Source: Octopus vulgaris (taxonomy: Eukaryota). From it: a stretch of DNA of 64,000 bases. Shown here one piece after another: positions 52,612 to 64,000 of this stretch; the stretch's first letter is position 1, and the number at the start of each line of letters is the position of its first letter. Below the pieces are notes generated by a model, which did not search any database, was not told where the DNA came from, and saw only the letters and a program-made list of their open reading frames with translations. Where the stretch lies: NCBI GenBank assembly GCA_951406725.2, contig OX597820.1, positions 127,286,001 to 127,350,000 on the forward strand, written 5' to 3'. The position numbers and the translations under genes are program-made.

Positions 52612-52747
52612 CTCCAAGACTACGAAAGCCAGATCTGCAGGAGGTGATAGATTTCCTTGGCAGTCCCAACGATGCCATCAAAGCAGACTCGGCTGGTTAC
52701 CTTCAACATCTCTGTTTTATGGACGATGATGTTAAAGCTAAAACAAG
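52612..52747 (+). CDS. p120-/delta-catenin family exon encoding ARM repeat 1
   Basis: Acceptor TTCCAG ends at 52611. Hand translation gives (S)PRLRKPDLQEVIDFLGSPNDAIKADSAGYLQHLCFMDDDVKAKT(R), matching the p120/delta-catenin signature WRxPxLxEVI...AAAYLQHLC. Donor AG|GTAAAT. The ORF track misses it. Confidence 0.95.
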
Positions 52748-53266
52748 GTAAATTCTTTATTTCCTCTCATCTTTTTTATATTTATTTGTCTCTTCCTATT
52801 CTACTTTTTCATTTTTTTTTTTGTTTCATTTTCCTCCTAGCTTTTTGCTCCTTAGACTTTCTTTTTCTTATTTTATTTCTCTCTCTCTCTGTCTTCATTT
52901 TTTTATTTTCACCTTCTCTCCTCTATTTTTTATTAAACACACACACACGCATGCATACATATTTTATATTGACTGTCTGACAAAAGAGTACTCAGGAAAA
53001 GTGTACTCAATACCATAGTAGAGACTGATAATATAATTTGGTTGAGCCAGTTTCTGTGAGTGCACAGGCCCTTCAGGCAAGTTATGACTAAAAATTGATG
53101 GAATTTGCTTACCTGTGTAAAGCTTTCTTGTCATAAGGTATGGTGATCAACAGAAAATATGACAAACAAACAGAGAAAAACAGTAAAAATGGAGAAAATG
53201 AAGAAAGACGATGTTAGGAAAAGAAATGGAATGAGAATGAAGTAGAATGTGTGGGTAGTGGAATGG

Positions 53267-53311
<45 letters not shown>

Positions 53312-53576
53312 ATGTAATTGTAGTAGTAGAATGTATTCAATAATATATTTTACACAACACAAACATTGCCTGGTATAGAACTCAATACACTAGGTAGAGT
53401 GGATAGATATGTATCTCATATCCAAGTTGATATCTTAATCTAAGTTTTAACCTTTGCTGCGCTGTTCACGTCTGTCCATATATATATATATATATATATA
53501 TACTAACACACATATATGTATACATATATTTGAGTGAGTGTATCTAATTTAGGCAATATATATATATCATATATAT

Positions 53577-54315
53577 CATCATCGTTTAACGTCCGCTTTC
53601 CATGCTGGCATGGGTTGGACGATTTGACTGAGGACTGGTAAACCAGATGGCTGCACCACACTCCAATCTGATCTGGCAGAGTTTCTACATCTGGATGCCC
53701 TTCCTAATGCCAACTGCTACGTGAGTGTAGTAGGTGTTTTTACATGCTACCAGTACAAGAGCCAGTCAGGTGGTACTGGCAGCGGCCACACTCAAATGGT
53801 GTTTTTTAAATGCCACCTGCACAGGAGCCAGACCTCACTCTAATGTTTTTTCACGTGCCACCAGCACAAGTGCCAGTAAAGCGATGCTGGTAACGATCAT
53901 GCTCGAATGGTGCTTTTTATGTGCCACCGGCATGGAAGCCGGTCAGATGCTCTGGCAACGATCACGCTTGAATAGTGCTCTTTGTGTACCAGTAGCACAG
54001 ATGACAGTCATCGAATTTGATTTCAATTTCACTTGCCTCAACAGGTCTTCTCAAGCAGAGTTTAGTGTCCAATGAAGGAAAGGTATGCATAAGTGGACTG
54101 GTTATACCCCTGCATAGGCCATGGGTTATGGTCTCACTTGGCTTACCGGGTCTTTTCAAGCACAGCATATTTCCAAAGGTCTCAGTCACTAGTCATTGCC
54201 TTGGTGAGGCCTAATGTTCGAAGGCTGTGCTTCACCACCTCATCCCAGGTCTTCTTGGGTCTACCTCTTCCACAGGTTCCCTCAACTGCTAGGGTGTGGC
54301 ACTTTTTCATCAAAC
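53577..54315 (-). mobile_element. RTE LINE 3' end: ORF C-terminus, long 3' UTR and (GAT)n tail
   Basis: Minus strand reads KKCHTLAVEGTCGRGRPKKTWDEVVKH.... It continues into the abundant ...GGAAGGGCATCCAGCTGTAGAAAC...GGACGTTAAACGATGATGAT repeat. Confidence 0.8.
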
Positions 54316-54692
54316 TCAACTGGAAGTCCTGTTCAATCTTCATCTTCAAGGCTGAAATCTCCACTTCTGAATTTTGCAAACCATCTTCTGCAAGTTCTTT
54401 CATTCAAGCATTCTTTCCCATAAACTGAGTGAATGTTTCGAGTCGCTTCGGCTGCAAAGTTTTCTTTTTTGTACTCATAAAGCATTATGTGCCTCAAATG
54501 CTCTTTGGATACTTCCATGTTAGAAAGGGTTTTAATCAAATTTTAATTCTGCAAAATAATATTTAATTAGCTTAAATGTACACAAATGCATAAAAATAAT
54601 TTTTAATTCCTTACACATTCTAAAATACTATCAAATTTCATTCAGTTTTAAAAAAGGTAAAATCGGACAGAACTTATGGGATAACCTGATAT
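54316..54692 (-). mobile_element. Mariner transposon 5' fragment (TIR plus transposase N-terminal HTH)
   Basis: ORF 54333-54539 reads MEVSKEHLRHIMLYEYKK...AAEATRNIHSVYG...TCRRWFAKFRSGDFSLEDE, a mariner/SETMAR-type HTH. The minus-strand end TATCAGGTTATCCCATAAGTTC sits in a TA run. Confidence 0.85.
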
Positions 54693-54756
54693 ATATTATA
54701 TGCACCTATACACACGCACACACACACATTATACACACATATAATACATATATATG

Positions 54757-55060
54757 TGGAGGTGCAATGGCCCAGTGGTTAGGACAGCGGACTCGCGGTT
54801 GTAGGATTGCGGTTTCGATTCCCAGACCGGGTGTTGTGAGTGTTTATTGAGCGAAAACACCTAAAGCTCCACAAGGCTCTGGCAGGGGATGGTGGCGAAC
54901 TCTGCTGTACTCTTTCGCCGCAACTTTCTCTCACTCTTTCTTGTGTTGGCCTCCTCGCTTAGCCAACGGGGTGGCGTCATTTGAAGGTTAAATAATGCGA
55001 AGTGCATTGTGACCAGCGATGTGTTGCAACATCTGATAGCCTGGTCGATCACGGTGATAA
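54757..55060 (+). mobile_element. tRNA-derived SINE sharing its head with 31548 but with a different 3' tail
   Basis: Head TGGCCCAGTGGTTAGGACAGCGGACTCGCGG...GTTTCGATTCCC. The tail ...CATCTGATAGCCTGGTCGATCACGGTGA is also seen at ~46340-46420 and, inverted, at ~1250-1360. Confidence 0.75.
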
Positions 55061-55833
55061 TACATATATATTATGCACACACACACACATATAATACATA
55101 CACATATATACATATATAATACATACATACATATATAATACATGTATATAGATACACACACACACACACACATATATATATTGTATTATATGACTAGGGA
55201 ATCCATAATCTAAGCTAAAGCAGCTTAATATTCTTTGGATGTGGAATGTATTTCATTCTGTGAGTTACACTCATTTTGCTGTTCTTATAGTTTTATGAAA
55301 ATTATGAAACAAGTCTGAGACCTGTAAGATGCGTACACCTGTATAAGCTTCTGTGTGTAAGTGTAAAAAAGAAAAAAATCACTATAGAATATGTGTATGT
55401 TGACAAACAGACCCACACTCATTATTCAGAGTTCATAGGCATACCCCATTTATCTGTCTATAGTATGACTCTAGTCACAGCTTGGAATTGACTTGTGGAT
55501 TACATCCAGTTCAAAGGATCTTATGGTTGCTTGATTTTGTAGAAATATCAGACAAATTTCCCTCAGATCACAGCATACCATCTGTAAAAAATAAGAAAGC
55601 AGAAAATTTTCACCTTGGGTAAATACATATAAATACATACGCTATGCTTGGAGAAAAATGTGATAGGATATCTGCAAATTGGATCCTCTTGGATAATCAG
55701 AGCTGACCTGGATGGAGATAAACAGCTAAAATATGCACAAACAAATGATGAAGCCTTTGTATAATCAAACATTCTACTGACTTGAAAAAAAAGACTAATT
55801 GAACCAATGGGACAAGGAACCAAGACTCGTGAC

Positions 55834-55880
<47 letters not shown>

Positions 55881-56901
55881 CCTGTAAAATGCACTTGTGC
55901 TGGTGCTGCATAATTTGCATGAGCCAGTGGTGCATTGTAAAAAGCACCCAGCAGACTCTGTAAAGTGGGTGGCTTTAGGAAGGTCACCCAGCAATAGAAA
56001 TCCTGCTGAAACAAAAACAATTGGAACATAGATCAATCTGAGGCTGGCCAGCTCCATGTCAAACTGTGCAAGCCACACCAACATGGGAAAGGGACATTAA
56101 ACAACATGGATAACGAGGGTAATAATGAGTCCATGACAGGATGGTTCTGAAGTGTATTCAATTAAATTGAAGGAGTTTGTTGGTGATTGATTGATTCGCT
56201 ATTTCTAGTGGATCAATCTATCACTGGTGATTTTCCATCTTACATTAACACCATTTCAGGGACCCAACAGAGGTGCCTCTACATAGTTGCCTGACCTGTT
56301 AGAAATAACATCCAAATCTCCCTCAATGTTATTGATACCAACTGGCCTGAAACTGCTCTTGATTCTTTGAGACAAACTTATTATTTTAAAGTTTTCTAAA
56401 TTAAGATCTTCCATCAAATTTCCATTTAATTTGTTCCAAACACCAGTTTAATAATGACAGTTATTTTACTAAATGTGTTAAGAAGTTTGCGTCCCAAACA
56501 CAAGGTTCTGGGTTTGGTCACACTGTTTGGCTCCTTGGGAAGGTATCTTCTATTATAGCTTTGGACCTACTGAGGTGTTGTGAGTGGATTTGGTAGACAG
56601 AACCTAAAGGTGGCTCATTGTGTGTGTTTGTTCCCTACCACCACTTGACAACTGGTACTGGTTTGTTTACATCCCCATACCTTGGGGATTTGACAAAAAC
56701 CACTGATAGAGTAAGTGTCAGACTTTAAAAAAATAAGCACTGATGTCAATTTATTCAATGAAAAATTCTTGAAGACAGTACACTAGCATGGCTGCAGTCT
56801 AATGACTGAAGCAAGTAAAAGATATATATATATATAATGTGTGTGTGTATGTCTGTGTGTATACATATATATATACAAATATTTTATAATTATAAACTTA
56901 C

Positions 56902-57094
56902 TTATAATTAGGGTTCAGCTAATTGCTTCACCACATACCGAATTTAGAAATAGGAGTTAAAATTCCATTTCTACTACTATAAAAATTTCCATGAGAATCG
57001 TCATGGAGATTCTTATAGTAGTAGAAAAGGAATTTTTAACTCCTATTTCTAAATTCGGTATGTGGTGAAGCAATCAGCTGAACCCTAATTATAA
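56902..57094. repeat. Long hairpin/palindrome (~94-bp arms, 6-nt loop)
   Basis: TTATAATTAGGGTTCAGC...CCATGA-GAATCG-TCATGG...GCTGAACCCTAATTATAA, with about 5 mismatches or indels. Confidence 0.92.
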
Positions 57095-57698
57095 AATATT
57101 TATATAATTTTACCTATAAAGGTTATTTTAACGTACCGATCTACTTGGTGAAATTATTAATTAATTGATTGATTAATTAATTAATTTAATTGATAAATTT
57201 TACCCTTTTATTATTAATTTAAAATTATATATATATATTTGTGTCTGTATCCTTCACTGGTTGTCAGGCAGTGGTGGTGATGGTGGGGACAAACACAGAC
57301 ACATGTCCCCGTAACTTAGTGATTCAGCAAAAGAGCTCGATAAAATAAGTACTAATCTTAAAAAAAGGAAAAAGCCCTGGGGTTGATTCAATCAACTAGA
57401 ATCCTTCAAGGTGTTACCCCATCAAGCCCACAATCAAATGACTGAGACAAGTAAAAGATAAAAACTAAAGGTAGTTCTTTCAACAGAAATGCAGTAATGA
57501 AAGGGTTAAATCTCATCCTACTGAACATACTAAATAAAGGAACAACACCTTTGGTAATACTATCTTAAGCATATCTCTAAAACAGACGCTTTTGATTCTA
57601 GGCCTGCTGAGTCAGAATTGATCTGAGACTAAGCAAAAGCCTCCAGTTCGGACTTCACATCTGGTCACTGTCTCATATTTTGCCCCCACCACATAAAT

Positions 57699-57990
57699 GA
57701 AATTAAAGTACATCAACATTCAGTGGCCTCCTCCTTTAAAAACAAAGCTCTCCACCCTTTCCAAGCCATCCCCTTATCAAATGGATTGTGTCAACATTCC
57801 ATGGTAACCTCCTTGCCTAATGAAACTAACCAACCTTCTATAGCCACCCTCTTAATCAAATGAACCTTACCAACCTCATATGGCCCTCACTCAATTAAAT
57901 ATGCCTTATCAACTTTCTATGCTCAGCCCCTTCTCAAATGAACCTTATCAATCTTTGTAGTGTCACTCCATGATCAAATGTACCTTGCAC
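57699..57990. repeat. Degenerate 39-40-bp tandem repeat, ~7 units
   Basis: A TCAAATGAACCTTAYCAAC-like motif recurs about every 39 bp. Confidence 0.6.
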
Positions 57991-58751
57991 ATCATTCCTC
58001 TGTACCCCTACTTTACTATTGACTTCTACTCCCTCCTTTTTTTACTTTTTGGATGGAGTTAAAAGGGGGTCGGTGGTGTTTCTGTCTCCTCTTTTCATCT
58101 TCCAAATCTCTCTTTCCCACCTCTGTCATTTTAAACCCAACACCCCTCCTCTTTAGAATAACCCATTACACACACACACACACACACACACACTCAGTCT
58201 AACCAGTACCGTTCCTATTACTCACAAGTCTCTTTTATCTCCTCATGGCTGGCATGACCATATTCAAAGGTTTGTGGGTATGTGAGAGAGAGAGAGAGAG
58301 AGAGAGAAGGGAAAAGGTGGTTGGTAGTTTTGTTTTTATTATAATCCCATACACATAAATGCACATTTATTGTATCCTAGGCACTGTACATTGTGGAAAA
58401 GGGTAGAGTAGGGTGCACACATTTCACACTCACTATTTCTCATAACTTATTCATAATTTTCAAAGGCTTTTTCTTTCACTTCTATACTGACGTGTCTCTG
58501 TGTGTACGTGCATGTTGTCATGCTTGTGCATGCATGTCTTCCTCTGTGTATGTGCGCATATTTCTTTAGTGTAGTGCAACATGCAAATTGTGTATAAATT
58601 TGCAAGAGTTTTGGCAGTAATGCAACTGTGTGTGTGCGTGTGCGTGCGTGTGTCAGTGCCTGTATGTATACAAGGAAATGGTAATGTCTTCCGAATATGG
58701 GATGAAAGAGGGACAGACAGACAGAACAGATGGAGAGAAGCATCGGTTTTG

Positions 58752-58773
58752 TATGTGTGTGTGTGTGTGTGTC

Positions 58774-58842
<69 letters not shown>

Positions 58843-58991
58843 GTGTGTGTGTGTCTATATATGTGTGTATGTCTATATATGTGTGTATGTGTGTGTCTAT
58901 ATATATGTGTGTGTATGTCTATATATATATATATGTGTGTGTCTATATATATGTGTGTGTGTGTGTGTGTCTATATGTGTGTGTGTGTGTC

Positions 58992-59046
<55 letters not shown>

Positions 59047-59130
59047 GTGTATATGTGTGTGTGTATGTGTGTGTCTATATGTGTGTGTGTATGTGTGTGT
59101 CTATATGTGTGTGTGTGTGTGTGTGTCTAT
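58752..59130. repeat. Compound (TG)n/(TA)n microsatellite
   Basis: Directly visible. Confidence 0.95.
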
Positions 59131-59867
59131 TTATAATTTCCTAGTCTAATTGCATATGTTTGCTTGTACATGCATTTACAGTCAATAGAAATGAAGGTGG
59201 GGGGGGGGGTTAATGTATGCCTCAAAGTTTATTTACTGTTTGTTAATGCAAGCATAGATGCATGCATGAATGCATACGAAAAGCACTTATTAGTGCATGC
59301 AATTGTTTTCTGCGGTGTTTCTACAGTCTGTAGTGCACACTTGCTAGTGTATATTTGAACAGTGTTGACATGGACTTGTGTGCACACACACACACACACA
59401 CATGAGTGCACACGCATTTAGGATAAAGCTGAGTCTAGTTGATATACATGCATGCATGAATGGTCATGCCTTGCACTCACATGCACACTTTGCACACATC
59501 CTGCATGTATGTTCATTCTCTCTGCTGCATATATCCACATGCTTACTCTTTCTCTCTTTCACACAAACACAGCCTCTCCTTCTCTTCTATCCATCTTTTC
59601 CTACGCCTCATTCATTGCCTTTTCTCTCTCAGACATTATAACATTTCTTTATATGGAAAATAAAATAGCATCTTTCTGAAGGAATGGAACCTGTTTCTGT
59701 TTTCAACCATTTTTGTTTTGTTTTCTGTTCCTCTGTTTAATATTGCTTCAGTGAACTAAAAGGGCCGTCAAAGAATTTACTTCCATCATCTCTAGTGTTA
59801 ACAGTCTACACTACTCTGTAGAATTCGATGTTGTAAATGACTCTGCTATGGATAAACTATGCTTTCC

Positions 59868-59994
<127 letters not shown>

Positions 59995-60544
59995 CTTCTT
60001 GTCTGTCTCCCTCAAAAATACTTTATTCCAGTCCACCCACCAGCTTAGAAGTTCCGTGTGGAATTGAAACTCACTGCATTAGGCAGAAGTAATATTTAAA
60101 AGTTGATTTGATTTTCTGTGCTGAAACCAATTCTACCATGTGTATAACTTTCATGGGTAATTTTCATAATCCCTCGTTAACGGATGAAAGAATCTGATGG
60201 AAAAAAGGGTCAAGCAATTGATGGTCTTATTGGTGATAATAATTTAACATATCAATTTGATTTAATTACTTGTTCTTTTTACAAGAGAATTACTCCAGTT
60301 CTTATGGAACTGACTGAAGGAAATTTCTCTGCAGTTGTTGGTTTCATTCTTGTTTAAACCCAACTCAGCTCTGATTGAGCAGATCAAAGGTATTCTAGCC
60401 ATGACCATCCTGTCATTTTGTAAATTTAAGACAACATTTTTAAAATATGTTTGTTATTTTTGGCAAGATGGTAAAATGTTATTTGCAAAATTTTGCTACA
60501 GTTCTTTGGAGATGAAACAACCCTGTAGAGTTCACTCCTTTGCC

Positions 60545-60858
60545 TTCTATGTGACATAAAAGGCACTGTTTGAGTGTGCTCATTACCAGCGTCGCTTTTC
60601 TGGCACTTGTGCCGGTGGCACGTGAAAAATCATTCGAGTGAGGTTGTTGCCAGTACCACCTAACTGGCCCCCATGCCGGTGACACGTAAAAGCACCCACT
60701 ACACTCTCAGAGTGGTTGGCGTTAGGAAGGGCATCCAGCTGTAGAAACTCTGCCAAATCAAGATTGGAGTGTGGTGCAACCATCTGGTTCACCAGCCCTC
60801 AGTCATTCATCCAACCCATGCTAGCATGAAAAGTGGATGTTAAACGATGATGATGATT
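60545..60858 (+). mobile_element. RTE 3'-UTR-derived repeat copy
   Basis: Reverse complement of the 53577 family, ending GATGTTAAACGATGATGATG. Confidence 0.75.
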
Positions 60859-61512
60859 ACCTTCACCCTGCACTAAATACTTTTCAGATGTATGTTTCTC
60901 ACCCACCCTCTAATACTGCAGATTCTTGAAAAATCATTTCCTGTCTATGTTTTTCCCTTGTCTACTTAGGAGTTAAACTAACATGTGTCTATGTTTCTCT
61001 GTCTTCCCAACCCTTTTCTTCCTTTTTTTTTTTTTTTTTAACTTTGATCTGATGAAAGATTAACGTCCGAAATGTTAAGGACTCTTCTTTATTAAACGTT
61101 GTCTCTCGTTTTTTTTCTTCTTGATCCTTGATTTTGTTCATCCATTTTATATATATATATATATAAATGGCAATTTGTCTGTGTGTGTATCTTTTATACA
61201 AATCCACAATTTTTCAGTTAGAGGGCTCGCACTTTATGGTCATTCAAAACTGTCCAAGGCTGGTCATGTACATCTTTGCATGTCCCCAGTTACCCCCGCA
61301 AAGCCATTAAAAAATCGATAGAAGTGACTTTTTTTGTGAATTTTCTATCCAAAACCCAATCAAAATGCCCGAAACTTGATACGCCAATTGAATGCCAGCT
61401 AGCTGTATGTGATTGATCGCAGATTTGGACAGTACTCGCGTGTATGTGCGCACGCACGCAGCTGTATATGCATGCACTAGCACTATGACCTGGCGTTGCC
61501 GGGTCATGCTAG

Positions 61513-61546
<34 letters not shown>

Positions 61547-61723
61547 ATTATACAAGAATGTTGTTAACAGGGACTTCAGAGTTTTGGTCAGTTAAGCAGT
61601 CTGCCAATGGCTTTACTGGCTGAAACTTTACTAGATACAAAATACCTTAATTGTTTTCTGTTTATAATTTCTATTTATGTGACAAAACAATTGATTATTG
61701 TCTTTATTTTTGGAACCCACCAG

Positions 61724-61844
61724 AGCCCTTGGGGGCATTCCTCCTCTTATCGCACTGCTGAATCATGAAATTCCTGAGGTACATAAGAATGCATGTGGGG
61801 CCCTGAAAAATTTATCTTATGGACGAAACAATGATGATAATAAG
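61724..61844 (+). CDS. p120-/delta-catenin family exon encoding ARM repeat 2
   Basis: Acceptor CACCAG ends at 61723 and AG+A=Arg. It reads ALGGIPPLIALLNHEIPEVHKNACGALKNLSYGRNNDDNK. Donor AAG|GTAATG. Confidence 0.95.
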
Positions 61845-63147
61845 GTAATGTATTTCCTTTGAGGTTTTCTTGTTTTGATGTTGGATTGATATGATTTATA
61901 ATATTTAATAAAGAAGAAATAAGGGAGATTTTTTTTTTTATCTTCATGCCAGACGGTAGGGCTTGGAACGGTTCACTGACTTGTCAGTCCTTATCAAACC
62001 ATCCAGCCCACCCCAGCATGGAAAATGAACACTAAATGATATAATGGATGTATGTGTTTGTGTTAATTTGTGTCTTGACATCACATGATGGTTGTAAACA
62101 AGCATCACTGTCATACAAGCAGTGTGATTCATTTTCAGTCCTCCATGAACAACATGTATGGTCATGGTCAATATTATCTTGCTTGGAAACAGATGAGGAC
62201 TGATGACAAGAAGGGCATTTGGCTCTTGAATATTATTTGCTTTGCTAAATTCCATCTAATCCATGCAAGCATAGAAAATTGGGCATTAACCCTTTAGCAT
62301 TTAAACCAGCCGTATACAACCAGAATATTGTACCTATTTCATGTTCAAACTGGCCAGATCTGGCCTCTCACACTACCCTTACAATATCATTCTAAAATTA
62401 ATTTATCCCATTAAAATCTCTAAGCCATGAAATAATGAATGATTGACTGACAAAATAATGTGAACCCTAAAAGCTTAAATGATAATATATTTGCTGTTGT
62501 GCCCTTTTGTTTTTTTGGGGGTTTTGTTACGCTTGTATTCAGGTCAGTCTAACTGTAACTCTTGAAATCTCTGGTATCAAGTAATGTTTATTCTACTTTG
62601 GTTTGTGAAGAAATATAGACTGATCTTCAGAAATTCTCTGTCAATTCTTCCATTGCTATCCAAAGGTTTTCTTTTAGCAAAAGTTCTGTATCAACATTCT
62701 GGCTTCAAACATGTAAACTTTTGCTGAATGTATATACTTTAACGGTAGACTAATGAACCAGGGATGGTAGCAGTATTTTTGTAGTTCTCTCGTCATTTAC
62801 TTTATAATTAGTTTAACATTCTGTTTTCTATTTTAACTTGAGTTCTAGTGCCTGCAGGATAGTATATTTCTTGTATAAGTGTCTGTTATATTTATAGTGT
62901 AAATATCTTTTTTCTAGATGCCACTTCTACAAAGGAGAACTTTTTAAACATAATAAAGAGGAAATATACTTTAAAAATTCAGTCTTAGTTTATTTGTGAA
63001 ACCGGCAATACTTTAGCTTTTCCCTTTTGCTTAAAATAACTGCTTCCAGTCATAAAAAATAAATGCCGATCGTTTGTTCATTTAACAATTTTTTTCTTTT
63101 GTCATAGTCGTGTCTCAATTTGTCCCTTTTTTTCCTTTGTTATTCAG

Positions 63148-63264
63148 AAAGCCATAAAAAATGCATCTGGTGTTCCAGCATTGACCCGACTTTTACGGAA
63201 ATCTTCAGATGAAGAAGTTAAAGAAATGGTTACTGGTGTCTTATGGAATCTGTCTTCATGTGAA
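63148..63264 (+). CDS. p120-/delta-catenin family exon encoding ARM repeat 3
   Basis: Acceptor TTCAG ends at 63147. The 117-bp phase 0-0 exon reads [39 protein letters not shown], with the conserved TGxLWNLSS. Donor GAA|GTAAGA. Confidence 0.95.
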
Positions 63265-64000
63265 GTAAGAACTTTATTCTTTCTCCATCATTTTCCTTCT
63301 TGCCAACACTAGAACCACTTTAATATGTGGAATATTTATGCATAATTATTGATATTGGGTTGTTAAGCGTAACCCTTTGCTGTCCTTCCCACCCACCCAC
63401 CCGTACTCGACTCAAAATTCAAATTTTGCAAGGAATCAGTTGTCATTTTTCTGAAACAATGAAATAACAATATCCATAACAGATGTTCTTAGCTTTGTAT
63501 TTCTCTGTTTGGAAACTTTATTCCTCCATTTGAGAATCGTTTACTGATGATGTCATAAAAGTTTAGAAACTTCGAGAGAATGTGAAATAATTCGTTTTTG
63601 GAACAGTAAAACTAGAAGCAACTAAAGCCATTTTTTATCTAAAGAGATTTTTAACTTAATATTTACCTGCTATTATTTATAGTTTTATCTGCTTTGAGTG
63701 TCACTATTCCAGAAAAGAATTATTTGATGTTCTCTCAGTCAAAATTTCTTAAGTCTTAAACCACAACATAAATATTTTACTAATGACAATTTAATCTGCT
63801 GCACAACTTCTCTACAAAATTTAGCTAGTGGCCTAGAGCCTTTTTTAAAGGAATCATTGTTTGCAAAACTAGTGGATATTTGGTAAATTATTCCTGCTGC
63901 AACCCGAAAAAATTCAATGATGTGAATTTCAATGCAAGGCTGCTTTATTTTTGTTTTCGTTTTTCCTAATTCCTGTACCAATACCATTTTAAATTATGAA

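Noticed and set aside
58581-59149. Long Cys/Val/Tyr-rich ORFs (also at 21563-22145, 5374-5757 and 16826-17083)
   Set aside because: Artefacts of (TG)n/(TA)n repeats that lack stop codons.

Overview
AT-rich, repeat-dense eukaryotic DNA, most likely octopus. This is inferred from the SINE and RTE families, microsatellite load and very long introns, and has not been checked by a search. The window holds part of one + strand multi-exon gene for a p120-catenin/delta-catenin family armadillo protein. Five coding exons join in frame through GT-AG sites: 19487-20058, 25298-25567, 52612-52747, 61724-61844 and 63148-63264. They encode a Tyr/Pro/Asp-rich N-terminal region and ARM repeats 1-3. The gene continues past the 3' end of the window and its start exon is not firmly identified. 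The rest is intron: tRNA-derived SINEs, 5'-truncated RTE LINEs, mariner/maT and hAT relics, TTAA- and 9-bp-TSD MITEs, and microsatellites. The most notable non-coding signals are several hammerhead-ribozyme-like cores in Penelope-type inverted-repeat remnants, and long fold-back structures in the pre-mRNA, including a near-perfect 230-bp inverted duplication and a ~190-nt hairpin, which could be ADAR substrates. I see no evidence of a wholly new multi-gene system. Almost all ORFs in the supplied track are repeat artefacts.
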